This document shows positions 47,001 through 55,482 of a stretch of 64,000 nt of DNA, piece by piece; position 1 is the first letter of the stretch; the number at the start of each line of letters is the position of its first letter. Location of the stretch: NCBI GenBank assembly GCA_019244185.1, contig JAFATB010000012.1:1-64000 (forward strand), given 5' to 3'. Below the pieces are notes generated by a model. It made no database searches. It saw only the letters and a list, made by a program, of their open reading frames with translations, and was not told where the DNA came from. The translations under genes were made by a program, and so were the position numbers. The DNA comes from Acidobacteriota bacterium (lineage in GTDB: Bacteria > Acidobacteriota > Thermoanaerobaculia > Gp7-AA8).

Positions 47001-50000
47001 CCAGCGCGCGTCGTAGCGGCGGCGGAAGCGCGCGTCGATGCGGTACTCGTCGGTCTGGTCGCGCGTGAGCTGCAGCGAGTAGTCGCGGCTCACCGTCCAC
47101 TCGAGCACCTGGCGGCTCTGCTGGTTGTCGAGCCAGTAGACGAGGAGGAACCGGATCTTCGGCGAGAGGCGCTTCTCGAACGTGACCTTCGGCCCCGAGC
47201 CGGTGCCGGTTTCGAGCGTGCCGGGGTCGTACGCGAACGAGTCGACGAACGGAAAGACGCGCGCGCCGACGAGATTGACGAGGCTCTGGTAGAGCAGCGA
47301 CTGTCCGACCGCGCCGACCGGCTGCTGCGTGCCGTTGGTCGGTCCCATTCCCAGTCCGCCGAAGCCGAGAATCGAGAAGAGCGTGATGTCGCTCGCGGGA
47401 GGATCGCTGGTGATCGTCGGCGTGATGCGGTCGAGCGTGCCGGTGATGTTCACCGTGACGTCGTACGGTCCCGACTCCGCCTCGGTGCCGAAGCCGTTGA
47501 CCGTGCCTTCGATCGTGACGTCGAAGTAGGGATCGATGCGGAACGGATTCTGGAACGCGACCGTGCCGCGCGAAACGCGGTAGTCGACGTTCTGGATGCG
47601 CACGGTGCCGCCTTCGTCGAGCGTGACTTCGCCGAGGATGACCGGGTTCGCGACGGTGCCGGTCACGTCGAGCGTCGCGCTGCCGGTGACGTCGGCGATG
47701 TTGTTGCGCACGGCGAGCGTGCCGGGCGCGTTGAGGTGCAGGCGCAGGCCGATGCGGTCCTGCCACGTCGCGGCGCTGACGGGCGTCACGCGGTTGCGCG
47801 CGAGGATCACGTTGAGCAGCGTCTGCTGGATGTCGAAGTCGCGGAAGTAGAGCGCGCGCGTGACGTCGACGTCGCCGGTGAGCACGGCCTTGTCGAGATC
47901 GCCAGACAGGAGCAGCGTGAAGTTGCCCTGCACGGTGACGCCCTCGTAGTAGCGCACCGCGACGTCGGTGCCTTGCAGCGTGATGCGCGCCGACTGCGGC
48001 TTGATGCCGTCGAGCAGGATCGCACCGCCCATCACGATCGTGCCGCCGCCGACGGTCGCGCGCAGCTGCTCGATCTCGATGCGGTCGCCGCGGAAGTTGA
48101 GCCGGCCGTTGATCTGGTCGATGAGCTGCGGGAAGCCGGCGAACTTCACCTGCGCGTTTTCGAGCGTCGCGGTGCCGGTGATCTGCGGCGAGGTGAGCGT
48201 GCCGTCGACGCTCATGGCGACGTCCATGTGGCCGTCGGCGCGCAAGCCCGTCGCGAAGAGTTGCAGCAGCGCCGCTTCGACGCGGCCGCGCACGTCGACG
48301 TCGAGCCGCTTCGCACCGATCAGCTCCGCGAAGCCGTTCGCGGTGAACATCGACGTGCCGCTCTGCAACGCGAACGTGTCGAGCTCGACGCGCCCGTTGC
48401 GCAGCGCGATGTGCAGCGGCTGCTGCGTGGAGAACGTCTCGTCGGCGATCTGGAGGTTGAACACCGGAGCCGTTGCGTCGATCGTCAGCGCCTCGATCGG
48501 CGTGAGATGTCCGCCGAGCTTCAGATCGACGACGATGTTGCCCGACGCCGGCAGCGACGCCGTCGCGGGCGAGACGGCGAGCGCGCGCGCGATGTCGGTG
48601 ATCGTCACGCGCACGTTGCCGTCGACCGCGAGATTCGGTCCGACCGCGCCTTCGCCTTCGATCGTGACGATGTCGGCGATGTTGCCGCGCACGACGAGCC
48701 GTCCGTTGCGAATGGCGATGTAGAGCGACGGCGGCGCCGCGCCTGCCGGCAGCGAGAGTCCGCGCAGCGTGGCGTCGTTGAGCGTCGCCTCGACCACGAG
48801 CTCCGGCTGCGCGAACGTGCCCGCGCCGGTCGACTTCAGCACGACGTTGCCGCCGAGGAGATCCTTCAGACTCTCGAGGACCTTCAGCTTCGAGAGGTTG
48901 ATGCTGCTCGAGGTGATGTTGTAGCTGAAGTTCTGGTTGTTGAGATCGACCTCGCCTTCGCCGCGGATCTCGCCGGCCGGCGATTGCACGAGCACGTTCG
49001 TCAGGCGCGCGCGTCCCTGCGTGAACGTGATGTCGGCGCTGGCGAGGTTCACCGGCTCGCCGTAGACGACGCCGTTCTTCACGGCAACCGTGCCGCTGCC
49101 TTCGAGCTGCTGCTTCGTGCCCGACAGCCGCAGCTTGCCGGTGAGATCGCCGCTCACGGGGAACGTGCCGAGGTCGAGGAAGGCGATGATGTCGCCGACC
49201 GGGAAGTTCGTCGCGGCGATGTCGAGGTCGAACGCGACGTTGCCTTTGCCCGGCAGCCAGTGCAGCGTGCCGTTCAGCGCGAGACTCGCATTCGCGCGGC
49301 GCACGTTCACGTTGACGAACGTCGCGCGTCCATCGTCGGGCGTGCCGGCGACGATGAGCCGTCCCGTCGCCAGCCCGTCGCCGATCTTGAGATCGAGTCC
49401 GACGGCGTCGATGGCGCGCTGCGCGGGATAGGCATTCGCGTCGACGGCGATGTCGAAGCGCGGCTTGCCGTTCTCCGGAAACGCGACGGTGCCGCTGAGC
49501 GCGAGCCGCCCCTGCCCGTTCACGAACGACGCGCGCTCGAACGTGAGCGTGCTCGCGTTGCCGTCGTAGCGCAGGTCGATGTCGGAGTCGCCGAGGAGCA
49601 CATTGTTGTACTGCGTCGCGCTGCTGACGATGTGCGCGGCGACCTGCGGCTTGTCGATCGGCCCGCTCACCGTGCCGGTGATCGTCCCGCCGCCGCCGAG
49701 GCCGAGGAGCGTGTAGTCCTTCTTGCCCGCGCTGTGCGCGAAGTTGTAGCCGAGGCGGTCGAGCTCGGAGAAGTCGGCGCTGCGGATCGTGGTCTGGAAG
49801 TTCGTGACGATCTTCTCGATGGCCAGCGTGCCGGTGAGGCTGACGTGCGAGTGATCGGTGTCGAGCTCCGCGCGGCGGAACGTGACCACGCCGTTGTCGA
49901 GCGCGAAGTCGGTGCTGCCGGCGATGCCGATCGGATAGCGCGCGTTCGAGAACGCGACGGCGTCCTTGGACAGCTTCGCGGTGCCTTCGCCCGCGCCTTC

Positions 50001-51284
50001 GAGCACCTTGTCCTTGTTCCAGTGATACGAGAGCTGTCCGGTCGCGGCGGCGCGGATGCCGGTGTTCTCCACCGTCCAGTCGTTGAAGAGCTGTTCGAGC
50101 GCGATTCCGTAGTAACGCAGGTCGACCTGCATCGGATACGGCTCGGCGTATTGCGCGAGCGTGTAGTGAGCGCCGATGGTGCCGCCGCCGTAACCGGCTT
50201 TCGTCACGTCGATGGTTAGGTGGTCGCCGCGCACGTCGAGCGTGCCCTTCGCGTTCGCGAGCGTGTACGCGTCCGCGGTGAGCTTCGGCGTCGTCCAGCC
50301 GCCCTGCAGCGTGAACTCACCCTGCTTGCCGCTGAGACGCCCGTCGAGTGCGAGCGTGCCCGCGAGCACTTTCTCGACGCGGAAGATCTCGCGCACGCGT
50401 TCGAGCGCGATCTGCGAGGTGACGCGCAGGTCGTACACGCCGTCCGCGAGCGGCGCGACGTTGCCGGAGAGAAACGCCTCGATGCCGCGGCCCTTGAGCG
50501 CGACCGAGCGCAGCGCGAGCTTGTTCGGCGTGAAGCGGAAGCCGCCGTGCAGATCGAGATCGAACGGCTCGTAGTCCTGCAGCCGCACGCGCACGAGCGG
50601 GCTGCTCAAAATCCCCTCGTACAGATCCTCGGCACGCGAGATCGTGATCTGCGAGTCGAGCTTCGTGGAGATGGCCGTGATGTCATGCTTGCGGTCGAGG
50701 AAATCGAACGCGCCGTTCGTCACGTACATCTTGCCGATGTCGAGATGCACGATCTCCGTGCGCGACTTCGGGCCGCTCGTCCAGTGCGGGAAGTTGTGCA
50801 CGAGCGGCGAGCCGTTCGGGAAGACTTCGAACCAGAGATGCGGATCGCGCACGTCGACGCGGTCGACTTTGATCGCGCGTCCCCAGAACGACTCGACGCC
50901 GCCGGTGATCTCGATCTGCCGCGCGGTCGCAAAGTACGGCGCCTTGCCGCCCGGCGCGTTGGCGATGCGGAGGTCGTTGAGGATCACGCGCTGCGGCCGC
51001 GTGCGCACGATCGTGACGCTGCCGATCGTGACCTTGCGGCCGAGGTGCGTCTCGAGGGTCTTCTCGATGCGCAGCTTCACGAGGCCGGCGAAGCTCGACG
51101 TACCGAGGTACCACCAGCCGCCGCCGACGAGCACGATGAGCAGAACCGCCGCGACGCCGAAGACCCAGATCAGCGCCTTGAGACACCCCCACATCGGACC
51201 GCGGCGCTGGCGTTCGCGCGCGGAGCGATGGCGCTTCTCCCGCGAGGGAGGCAGCAATGGATCTGCCGGGTCGTTGATGCTCAT
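44004..51284 (-). CDS. TamB/AsmA-like + POTRA + Omp85 (TamA/BamA) fusion, 2426 aa
   Basis: N-terminal TM anchor; long beta-taco region ending in a DUF490-like segment (GTLDRITPTITSDPP); T/A/P linker; about 7 POTRA-like repeats; ERFTAGG..THRGF, SPVGPLRFD and terminal YFISLGYAF. Confidence 0.88.
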   Translation of the reverse strand: MSINDPADPLLPPSREKRHRSARERQRRGPMWGCLKALIWVFGVAAVLLIVLVGGGWWYLGTSSFAGLVKLRIEKTLETHLGRKVTIGSVTIVRTRPQRVILNDLRIANAPGGKAPYFATARQIEITGGVESFWGRAIKVDRVDVRDPHLWFEVFPNGSPLVHNFPHWTSGPKSRTEIVHLDIGKMYVTNGAFDFLDRKHDITAISTKLDSQITISRAEDLYEGILSSPLVRVRLQDYEPFDLDLHGGFRFTPNKLALRSVALKGRGIEAFLSGNVAPLADGVYDLRVTSQIALERVREIFRVEKVLAGTLALDGRLSGKQGEFTLQGGWTTPKLTADAYTLANAKGTLDVRGDHLTIDVTKAGYGGGTIGAHYTLAQYAEPYPMQVDLRYYGIALEQLFNDWTVENTGIRAAATGQLSYHWNKDKVLEGAGEGTAKLSKDAVAFSNARYPIGIAGSTDFALDNGVVTFRRAELDTDHSHVSLTGTLAIEKIVTNFQTTIRSADFSELDRLGYNFAHSAGKKDYTLLGLGGGGTITGTVSGPIDKPQVAAHIVSSATQYNNVLLGDSDIDLRYDGNASTLTFERASFVNGQGRLALSGTVAFPENGKPRFDIAVDANAYPAQRAIDAVGLDLKIGDGLATGRLIVAGTPDDGRATFVNVNVRRANASLALNGTLHWLPGKGNVAFDLDIAATNFPVGDIIAFLDLGTFPVSGDLTGKLRLSGTKQQLEGSGTVAVKNGVVYGEPVNLASADITFTQGRARLTNVLVQSPAGEIRGEGEVDLNNQNFSYNITSSSINLSKLKVLESLKDLLGGNVVLKSTGAGTFAQPELVVEATLNDATLRGLSLPAGAAPPSLYIAIRNGRLVVRGNIADIVTIEGEGAVGPNLAVDGNVRVTITDIARALAVSPATASLPASGNIVVDLKLGGHLTPIEALTIDATAPVFNLQIADETFSTQQPLHIALRNGRVELDTFALQSGTSMFTANGFAELIGAKRLDVDVRGRVEAALLQLFATGLRADGHMDVAMSVDGTLTSPQITGTATLENAQVKFAGFPQLIDQINGRLNFRGDRIEIEQLRATVGGGTIVMGGAILLDGIKPQSARITLQGTDVAVRYYEGVTVQGNFTLLLSGDLDKAVLTGDVDVTRALYFRDFDIQQTLLNVILARNRVTPVSAATWQDRIGLRLHLNAPGTLAVRNNIADVTGSATLDVTGTVANPVILGEVTLDEGGTVRIQNVDYRVSRGTVAFQNPFRIDPYFDVTIEGTVNGFGTEAESGPYDVTVNITGTLDRITPTITSDPPASDITLFSILGFGGLGMGPTNGTQQPVGAVGQSLLYQSLVNLVGARVFPFVDSFAYDPGTLETGTGSGPKVTFEKRLSPKIRFLLVYWLDNQQSRQVLEWTVSRDYSLQLTRDQTDEYRIDARFRRRYDARWSFRDAKEDDYATAATISSSGTPGQTTTTPANVANAATATSTAPVAAPPPLPVTAVNARAANGKTIARIDLRADARFDTATVAQEVTLKPGQPVTMRELQSSIKNLFGTGNFRDIRVDAANDPAGVVLTFSLFLHYRVNNITISGVGHNDRARAERELTVRPGEVLSLDDVNDSALAVEDMLHRYGYLEAIVDPSTTFDRARNIADVTLEVTPGPLAKVGNVTIEGNTAPFTTAQLIGRMKRRPGKTFERQDARFDAERMKNFLLRRGYRRADVTYVSDTYDAATHTVALRYRVTVGPTVQVAVKGVPRSMVRKWLPFARNQEYSEDAVDKAADDITRGLQERGYYLAAVDTESALSGNVWTTTFNVSPGPKLRLAGVTFSGNARVTDKALQKLVATSPSGGIKRLVATIFRRPTGVTREQLSGDRDSLESYYRLNGFSEATVGEPAVTPNEAAGTMTVDFPITEGPQTILTTVTTEGIDPKEHGNAPKPVLKAGDPLNPQLEHNDVVALQTYYADAGHTEVQVAPRVELSTDKTQAVLTYVVTEGPHVDIGDVTVRGNTYTDRDVVLRTADIHAGQPFSYTALLAAQRNLYALGIFNRVEVQPEQAGTTVGDRNVVLQVEEGRNLTLTGSVGLRAQRGTVGDGVQIEPRVALAAAHRNLFGTGRYLGIETVLSRGQQKEQEAFITYREPFISRWNVPLQLQVFQTDDATRPGTRILQRGTSIEITKVALTRTRWSVRYEYKISDCREGDVCDAINSGDPVEGIDRSLLNIAISSLTPTFFWDTRDDIIDPHRGFFTSASIEYAFPLFAADANFTKEFAQGAYYLPLSTRTVLALSGRLGLIQPHGITTHDDVPLSERFTAGGETTHRGFMTDLLGTLCTDPRDFDKSGICQPTLFRRIDPETHEEVGPVLPLGGSGLLLFNAEYRFPIVSSLGGALFADAGNVYKDDTIRFDMLRYGLGFGVRYLSPVGPLRFDLGWPLQRREHERAFTYFISLGYAF

Positions 51285-51329
51285 TCGTGGGCCGGGAACA
51301 ACCGTGGCGTTTGCTTGCGAACGACGGGC

Positions 51330-52373
51330 CTAGCCGAACGCCTCATCTGCAGTGACGAGAAACAGGTCGCGCAGGTTGTTCCCCGTCGGCGCAATCATAA
51401 TCGGCTCACCGACTTGCGCGGCGATCCGATACGAGTTCGAAACAGCGAGTTCCGCGTTCGCGACGGCGTCGTCGAGACGCTCGTTCCGCCGCGTCAGATG
51501 GATGCCCGCGACGCCGCTGTTGCCGTCGACGCCGTCCGAGCTCGCGAAGAGCGCCTCCGCGCGCGAATGCATCGCGAACCGCACCGCGAGCTCTGTGCAG
51601 CGTCCGCCCCGTCCGTCGCCGCGAATGCGCACCGTCGGCTCCCCGCCGGCGACGAGGATCCGGCCGCGCGCGAGCTTCGTCGACGCGAGCGTTCGCGCGA
51701 CGTCTTCGACGTCGGCTTCGAGCTGTTCGTCGATGACAACCGCGCGCTCGCCGATGACCTCCGCCGCCGCGCGCACGAGCGTCGTGTTGTCGGCGATGAG
51801 CGTGCCGTTCGCGACGGGGCCGCTGGCGACGTCGTCGAGTCGTCCGCGCGCGACGTCGGAGTAGATCAGCGCGACGGCGCGGCCACGCACGCGCGCGCCG
51901 AGGCGGCCGCCTTTGATCGCGGAGAGCGCGCGACGCCGCGCGTTGATCGCGCCGATCGGCAGCTCGCTCGCGACGAGCCGCGCGTTTTCCTCGATGAGCT
52001 CCGCCTCGCTGTGCGGCGGCAGCGCCACTTCGACGCACGCGGAGCCGCCGCCGGACACGAGGAACAGGATGTCGTCGTGACCATCGACGAAGTCGAGGAG
52101 CGCGCGTCCAGCCTCGAAGCTCGCGTGCGTCATCCGCGGATGTCCGCCGCGGTGAATCTCCGCGTGCGTGACCGGCGCCCGATATCCGTCCGGCAACGCG
52201 ACGAACGCGTGCGCGACGTCGTGTACCGCGGCCACGCCGTCCAGCAGCGCGCCCGCGCACTTGCCGATCGCGACGACGTTGCGCGGCAAGTCGGGCGTGA
52301 CGTGCGCGCGAATCAGCCGCTCCGGCGCGCAACGTTCCAGCGTTGTGAGGTAGATCGCTTTGAGGTCCACCAC
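51330..52373 (-). CDS. Glycerate kinase/TtuD (MOFRL) family protein
   Basis: AIGKCA, VSGGGSA, SAIKGGRL, GGEPTV, SDGVDG, TGNNLRD. Confidence 0.87.
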   Translation of the reverse strand: MVDLKAIYLTTLERCAPERLIRAHVTPDLPRNVVAIGKCAGALLDGVAAVHDVAHAFVALPDGYRAPVTHAEIHRGGHPRMTHASFEAGRALLDFVDGHDDILFLVSGGGSACVEVALPPHSEAELIEENARLVASELPIGAINARRRALSAIKGGRLGARVRGRAVALIYSDVARGRLDDVASGPVANGTLIADNTTLVRAAAEVIGERAVVIDEQLEADVEDVARTLASTKLARGRILVAGGEPTVRIRGDGRGGRCTELAVRFAMHSRAEALFASSDGVDGNSGVAGIHLTRRNERLDDAVANAELAVSNSYRIAAQVGEPIMIAPTGNNLRDLFLVTADEAFG

Positions 52374-52393
52374 TCGCCGATTATCCTCGGCAG

Positions 52394-53596
52394 GTGACCC
52401 GCCGCCATCTCCGCTCGCGCGTGCTCTGGCTCACCGGAGCGTTCACGCTCGCGCTCTTCGCGATGGCGTTCGGCCTGAGCTGGCGCGCGCAACGCGCGCA
52501 GGCGCGTTGGACGCGGCTGCTGTCGGTCGAGACGAAGGCGGTTGCGGCGCTCGAGGAGCTGATCCGCGCGCAGAACGCGTTTCACGCGCGCTTCACCGCG
52601 GGACTCGAACCGGCGTCGCGCTACGGCCTGGTCGTGCAGCTGCTCAACGACGAGTCGCTGGCGACGTTCGATCTCAACGCGCTGCGCGGCCGCGTGAAGG
52701 CGTATCGCATGCTGATCCACGAGCCGTCGCCGCGCGCGGTGGATCTCGATACGACGTCGCGCGCGATCGTGAACGAGGCGCTGCAGCTCGCCGCCGCGCG
52801 CAAGGAAACGATCGCGCGGCAGCTGCCGGAGCTCGAGAACGAAACGCGCTGGATGATGTCGAGCGGACTCGCGGTCGCGTGGATCGTGGCCATGCTGTCG
52901 TTCGCGGCGGTGCAGACCACGCTGCGCAAGGTGGTGAAGCCGATCGAAGAGCTCTCCGCCGCCGCCGATCGCATCGCCGCGGGCGATCTCACGGCGCGCG
53001 CGCCTGTCGCGGGAGATCGCGAGATCGCGACCTTGGGCGTCGCGTTCAATCACATGGCGGACGAGCTGAAGGCGCGCGCGCGCACCGACGAGCTCACCGC
53101 GCTGCCGAACTTCCGCGCCTTCCGCGAGCGCATCGACGCGGAGCTCGAGCGCGCGGATCGCTATCCGGAAACGTTCGGCATCCTCGTCCTCGATCTCGAT
53201 CGCTTCAAAAACTACAACGACACGTACGGTCATCTCGCCGGCAACGAGGCGCTGCGCCGCGTCGCGCAGACGATCCGCGAAACGGTGCGCGCCGTCGACT
53301 TTCCCGCGCGCTATGGCGGCGAGGAGTTCGCCGTGGTCGTCCCGCAGGTCGACGCCGCGTCGCTCGTCACGATCGCCGAACGCATCCGCACGAACATCGC
53401 CGCGCTCCCCGCCCCGCCGGATGGAGCGATCGTGACCGTAAGCATCGGCGCCGCGCTGTATCCGATTGACGGCCTCAATCGCGAGGCGCTCTTCCAAACC
53501 GCGGACGCGCGCCTTTACGAGGCGAAGGAAGCGGGGCGGAATCGGGTGGTGGGGCCGGGCGGTGCCTGGAAGGTCGCCGGATCACCAGCTCGCTGA
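52394..53596 (+). CDS. Membrane diguanylate cyclase (HAMP-GGDEF)
   Basis: Two TM segments, HAMP, DLDRFKNYND.YGH, RYGGEEF. Confidence 0.92.
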   Translation: MTRRHLRSRVLWLTGAFTLALFAMAFGLSWRAQRAQARWTRLLSVETKAVAALEELIRAQNAFHARFTAGLEPASRYGLVVQLLNDESLATFDLNALRGRVKAYRMLIHEPSPRAVDLDTTSRAIVNEALQLAAARKETIARQLPELENETRWMMSSGLAVAWIVAMLSFAAVQTTLRKVVKPIEELSAAADRIAAGDLTARAPVAGDREIATLGVAFNHMADELKARARTDELTALPNFRAFRERIDAELERADRYPETFGILVLDLDRFKNYNDTYGHLAGNEALRRVAQTIRETVRAVDFPARYGGEEFAVVVPQVDAASLVTIAERIRTNIAALPAPPDGAIVTVSIGAALYPIDGLNREALFQTADARLYEAKEAGRNRVVGPGGAWKVAGSPAR

Positions 53597-53597
53597 A

Positions 53598-54344
53598 TCA
53601 GAATTTTTGCGTCAACAACTTCTGCTGGTCTGACCGGAGAACGTCGAGATTCGGGTGTAGCCACCCGAATCGCTCGAAGAGCCACGTTGTACAACGCAGT
53701 GCTTCCTCTGCGGCGGACGAAACAAGGTCCGCAGGAGAGTATGCGTGCGAATAGTGAAACTCGTCCTGCGTTGCGACAAAGTCTGGCTTCCACAAACGGT
53801 TGTGGTCGGCCGCTAGCATAAACCCCTTGATGCCCTTGATAGATATCGAGACTGTAACTGAATCGGTATATACCTCCGCCTGCGCGAGGCGTGCGGCGAA
53901 CTCGAAATATTCTGTGAGGTTATACACGCATTCGACTACAGAGAGAAACCCGGGCACCTCGTCAATGTTGACGCGATCTCGGGCATGCCATTTCATCGTC
54001 GTCCGAATCTTTTCGGCCCATTCCGGATCGGTCACCTCCCGCACACTACCCAAGTATAGAAACTGTGAGCTTTGATAAAAGCGCCAGTATTCGAGATGAC
54101 CCATGAAGTCGCTTGACCCAGCAACCCATGTATCGCCAAATTCGAATTCTGGTTGCGTGGGAACAAACGGGAAATCCCATCCGCGAAGGCGAACGCGTGT
54201 CTTGTGGAGAAGATCGATGCAGTCGGACAGCGTCTGGACACGGCTGGCTACGTATGTCGACGGACGAAGATTGACTCGCCAGTGCGGATGCTGCAAGACA
54301 GGCACCGCTAGAGGAGCCATAGACGTAATCGCTGAGGCGGTCAT
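53598..54344 (-). CDS. Hypothetical protein, partner of the AlbA_2/Schlafen gene
   Basis: Low GC; GGAGG SD and TGATG coupling to the frame-restored upstream gene. Confidence 0.8.
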   Translation of the reverse strand: MTASAITSMAPLAVPVLQHPHWRVNLRPSTYVASRVQTLSDCIDLLHKTRVRLRGWDFPFVPTQPEFEFGDTWVAGSSDFMGHLEYWRFYQSSQFLYLGSVREVTDPEWAEKIRTTMKWHARDRVNIDEVPGFLSVVECVYNLTEYFEFAARLAQAEVYTDSVTVSISIKGIKGFMLAADHNRLWKPDFVATQDEFHYSHAYSPADLVSSAAEEALRCTTWLFERFGWLHPNLDVLRSDQQKLLTQKF

Positions 54345-54963
54345 CAAAGCCCTCCGAGTTCCTCGTCAAACGCCCTTCGTGCCGGTGGTGCTTCTAATCC
54401 GATCTTTCTCGCAGTCTCTAGAATGCGGCGCGCGCGTTTCTCGGCTGCCAATTCCAGGAGATCATGCATCTGCTCCGCAGACCGCACCTCTGTTGTGCGA
54501 GCCATACCGGCAGGACGAACGTAAACTGCTCCCTGCCTGATTTGAGAGTTTGGCGGTCATCGCGTCGACACACAATCGGCGTGGCGCCGAACTCAGATAC
54601 GCTTACGCACAGGAACCGGCGCGCATTCCATGGTACGACGACGAGTATCACGTCGACAGAGGGTGAGGCGAACTTGTGGATCGCATCGATCACGTCATCG
54701 ACCTGATACGTCGCTAAGTGTTCGTTGCTGATGCCAGGAAGCTCCCATTGGTCCCCACGTTCACTAACGCCAATGACGATCACGCCGCCATCCCGCAGAT
54801 TGGCCATGGCGAGTGTCGTTCGAATGATCTTATGCTGAAGCTCTTCCCAGGGCGCCGACTCCTTGAAGTCGATCGATTGCACTTCCACGCAGCTTTCGAG
54901 TGCGGCTACGGCGCGTTGGTGAAGTGCGCGATGACCGGGCAGGTCCGAAATTGGAATCGGCAT
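54344..54963 (-). pseudogene. Schlafen/AlbA_2-domain gene with a 1-nt frameshift near 54557
   Basis: IDFKES, LAMANLRDGGVIVIGVSE, PIVCRR; the -1 frame continues IRQGAVYVRP...FDEELGGL* and ends on the next ATG. Confidence 0.8.
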
Positions 54964-55009
54964 CGATGTCCATCGTACCTCGGGCTCTTGCCCGACGACG
55001 TCGGGCCGG

Positions 55010-55438
55010 CTATGCGGACAGCGCGTCGATCAGCCGCGCCACGACCCGCGTGAGCGATTGCAGGTCGCGCTCGGAGATGTGCTCGGCGCCGATGGAACGG
55101 ACCCATTCGTCATACGCGGGGCGCACCTTGTCGACGACGCCGCGGCCGCGGCGCGTGAGCGCGACGCCGGACGAGCGCAGATCGTTCGGATCGTCGTGTC
55201 GCTCGGCGAGGCCGAGCTGTTCGAGGCGGGCGATCATGCCGGTCATGTTCTGTTTCGTGACCATGAGGCGCCGCGCGAGGGCGACCAGCGTCTGCGGCAC
55301 GTCCTCGTCCGAGATGGCCGCGAGCACGGCCCACTGTTGCGGGGTGATCTTCGACTTCTCGAAGATCGGCGCGAGCCGCCGGTTGAGAAGGTTCGCGAGC
55401 TGCATGATGCCACCGACGAGATCGCGTTCGGCCGCCAT
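55010..55438 (-). CDS. MarR-family regulator
   Basis: ITPQQWAVL, KQNMTGMIARLEQLGL, DPNDLRS..LT.RG. Confidence 0.92.
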   Translation of the reverse strand: MAAERDLVGGIMQLANLLNRRLAPIFEKSKITPQQWAVLAAISDEDVPQTLVALARRLMVTKQNMTGMIARLEQLGLAERHDDPNDLRSSGVALTRRGRGVVDKVRPAYDEWVRSIGAEHISERDLQSLTRVVARLIDALSA

Positions 55439-55441
55439 CCG

Positions 55442-55473
55442 GTCAATCTATTGACTAAGCGGCCCGGAGTCAA
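55442..55473 (-). promoter_or_regulatory. Leaderless marR promoter with overlapping operator
   Basis: TTGACT-N17-TAGATT-N6-ATG; palindrome GTCAAT-N2-ATTGAC (55442-55455) over the -10. Confidence 0.75.
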
Positions 55474-55482
55474 ATCGGCGCG

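Noticed and set aside
44049-50219. 2056-aa plus-strand ORF, and other long antisense ORFs (23680-27042, 55522-58875, 33869-36412, 21213-23513)
   Set aside because: Shadow frames of real genes caused by high GC3; Arg/Ala-rich, no recognisable motifs.
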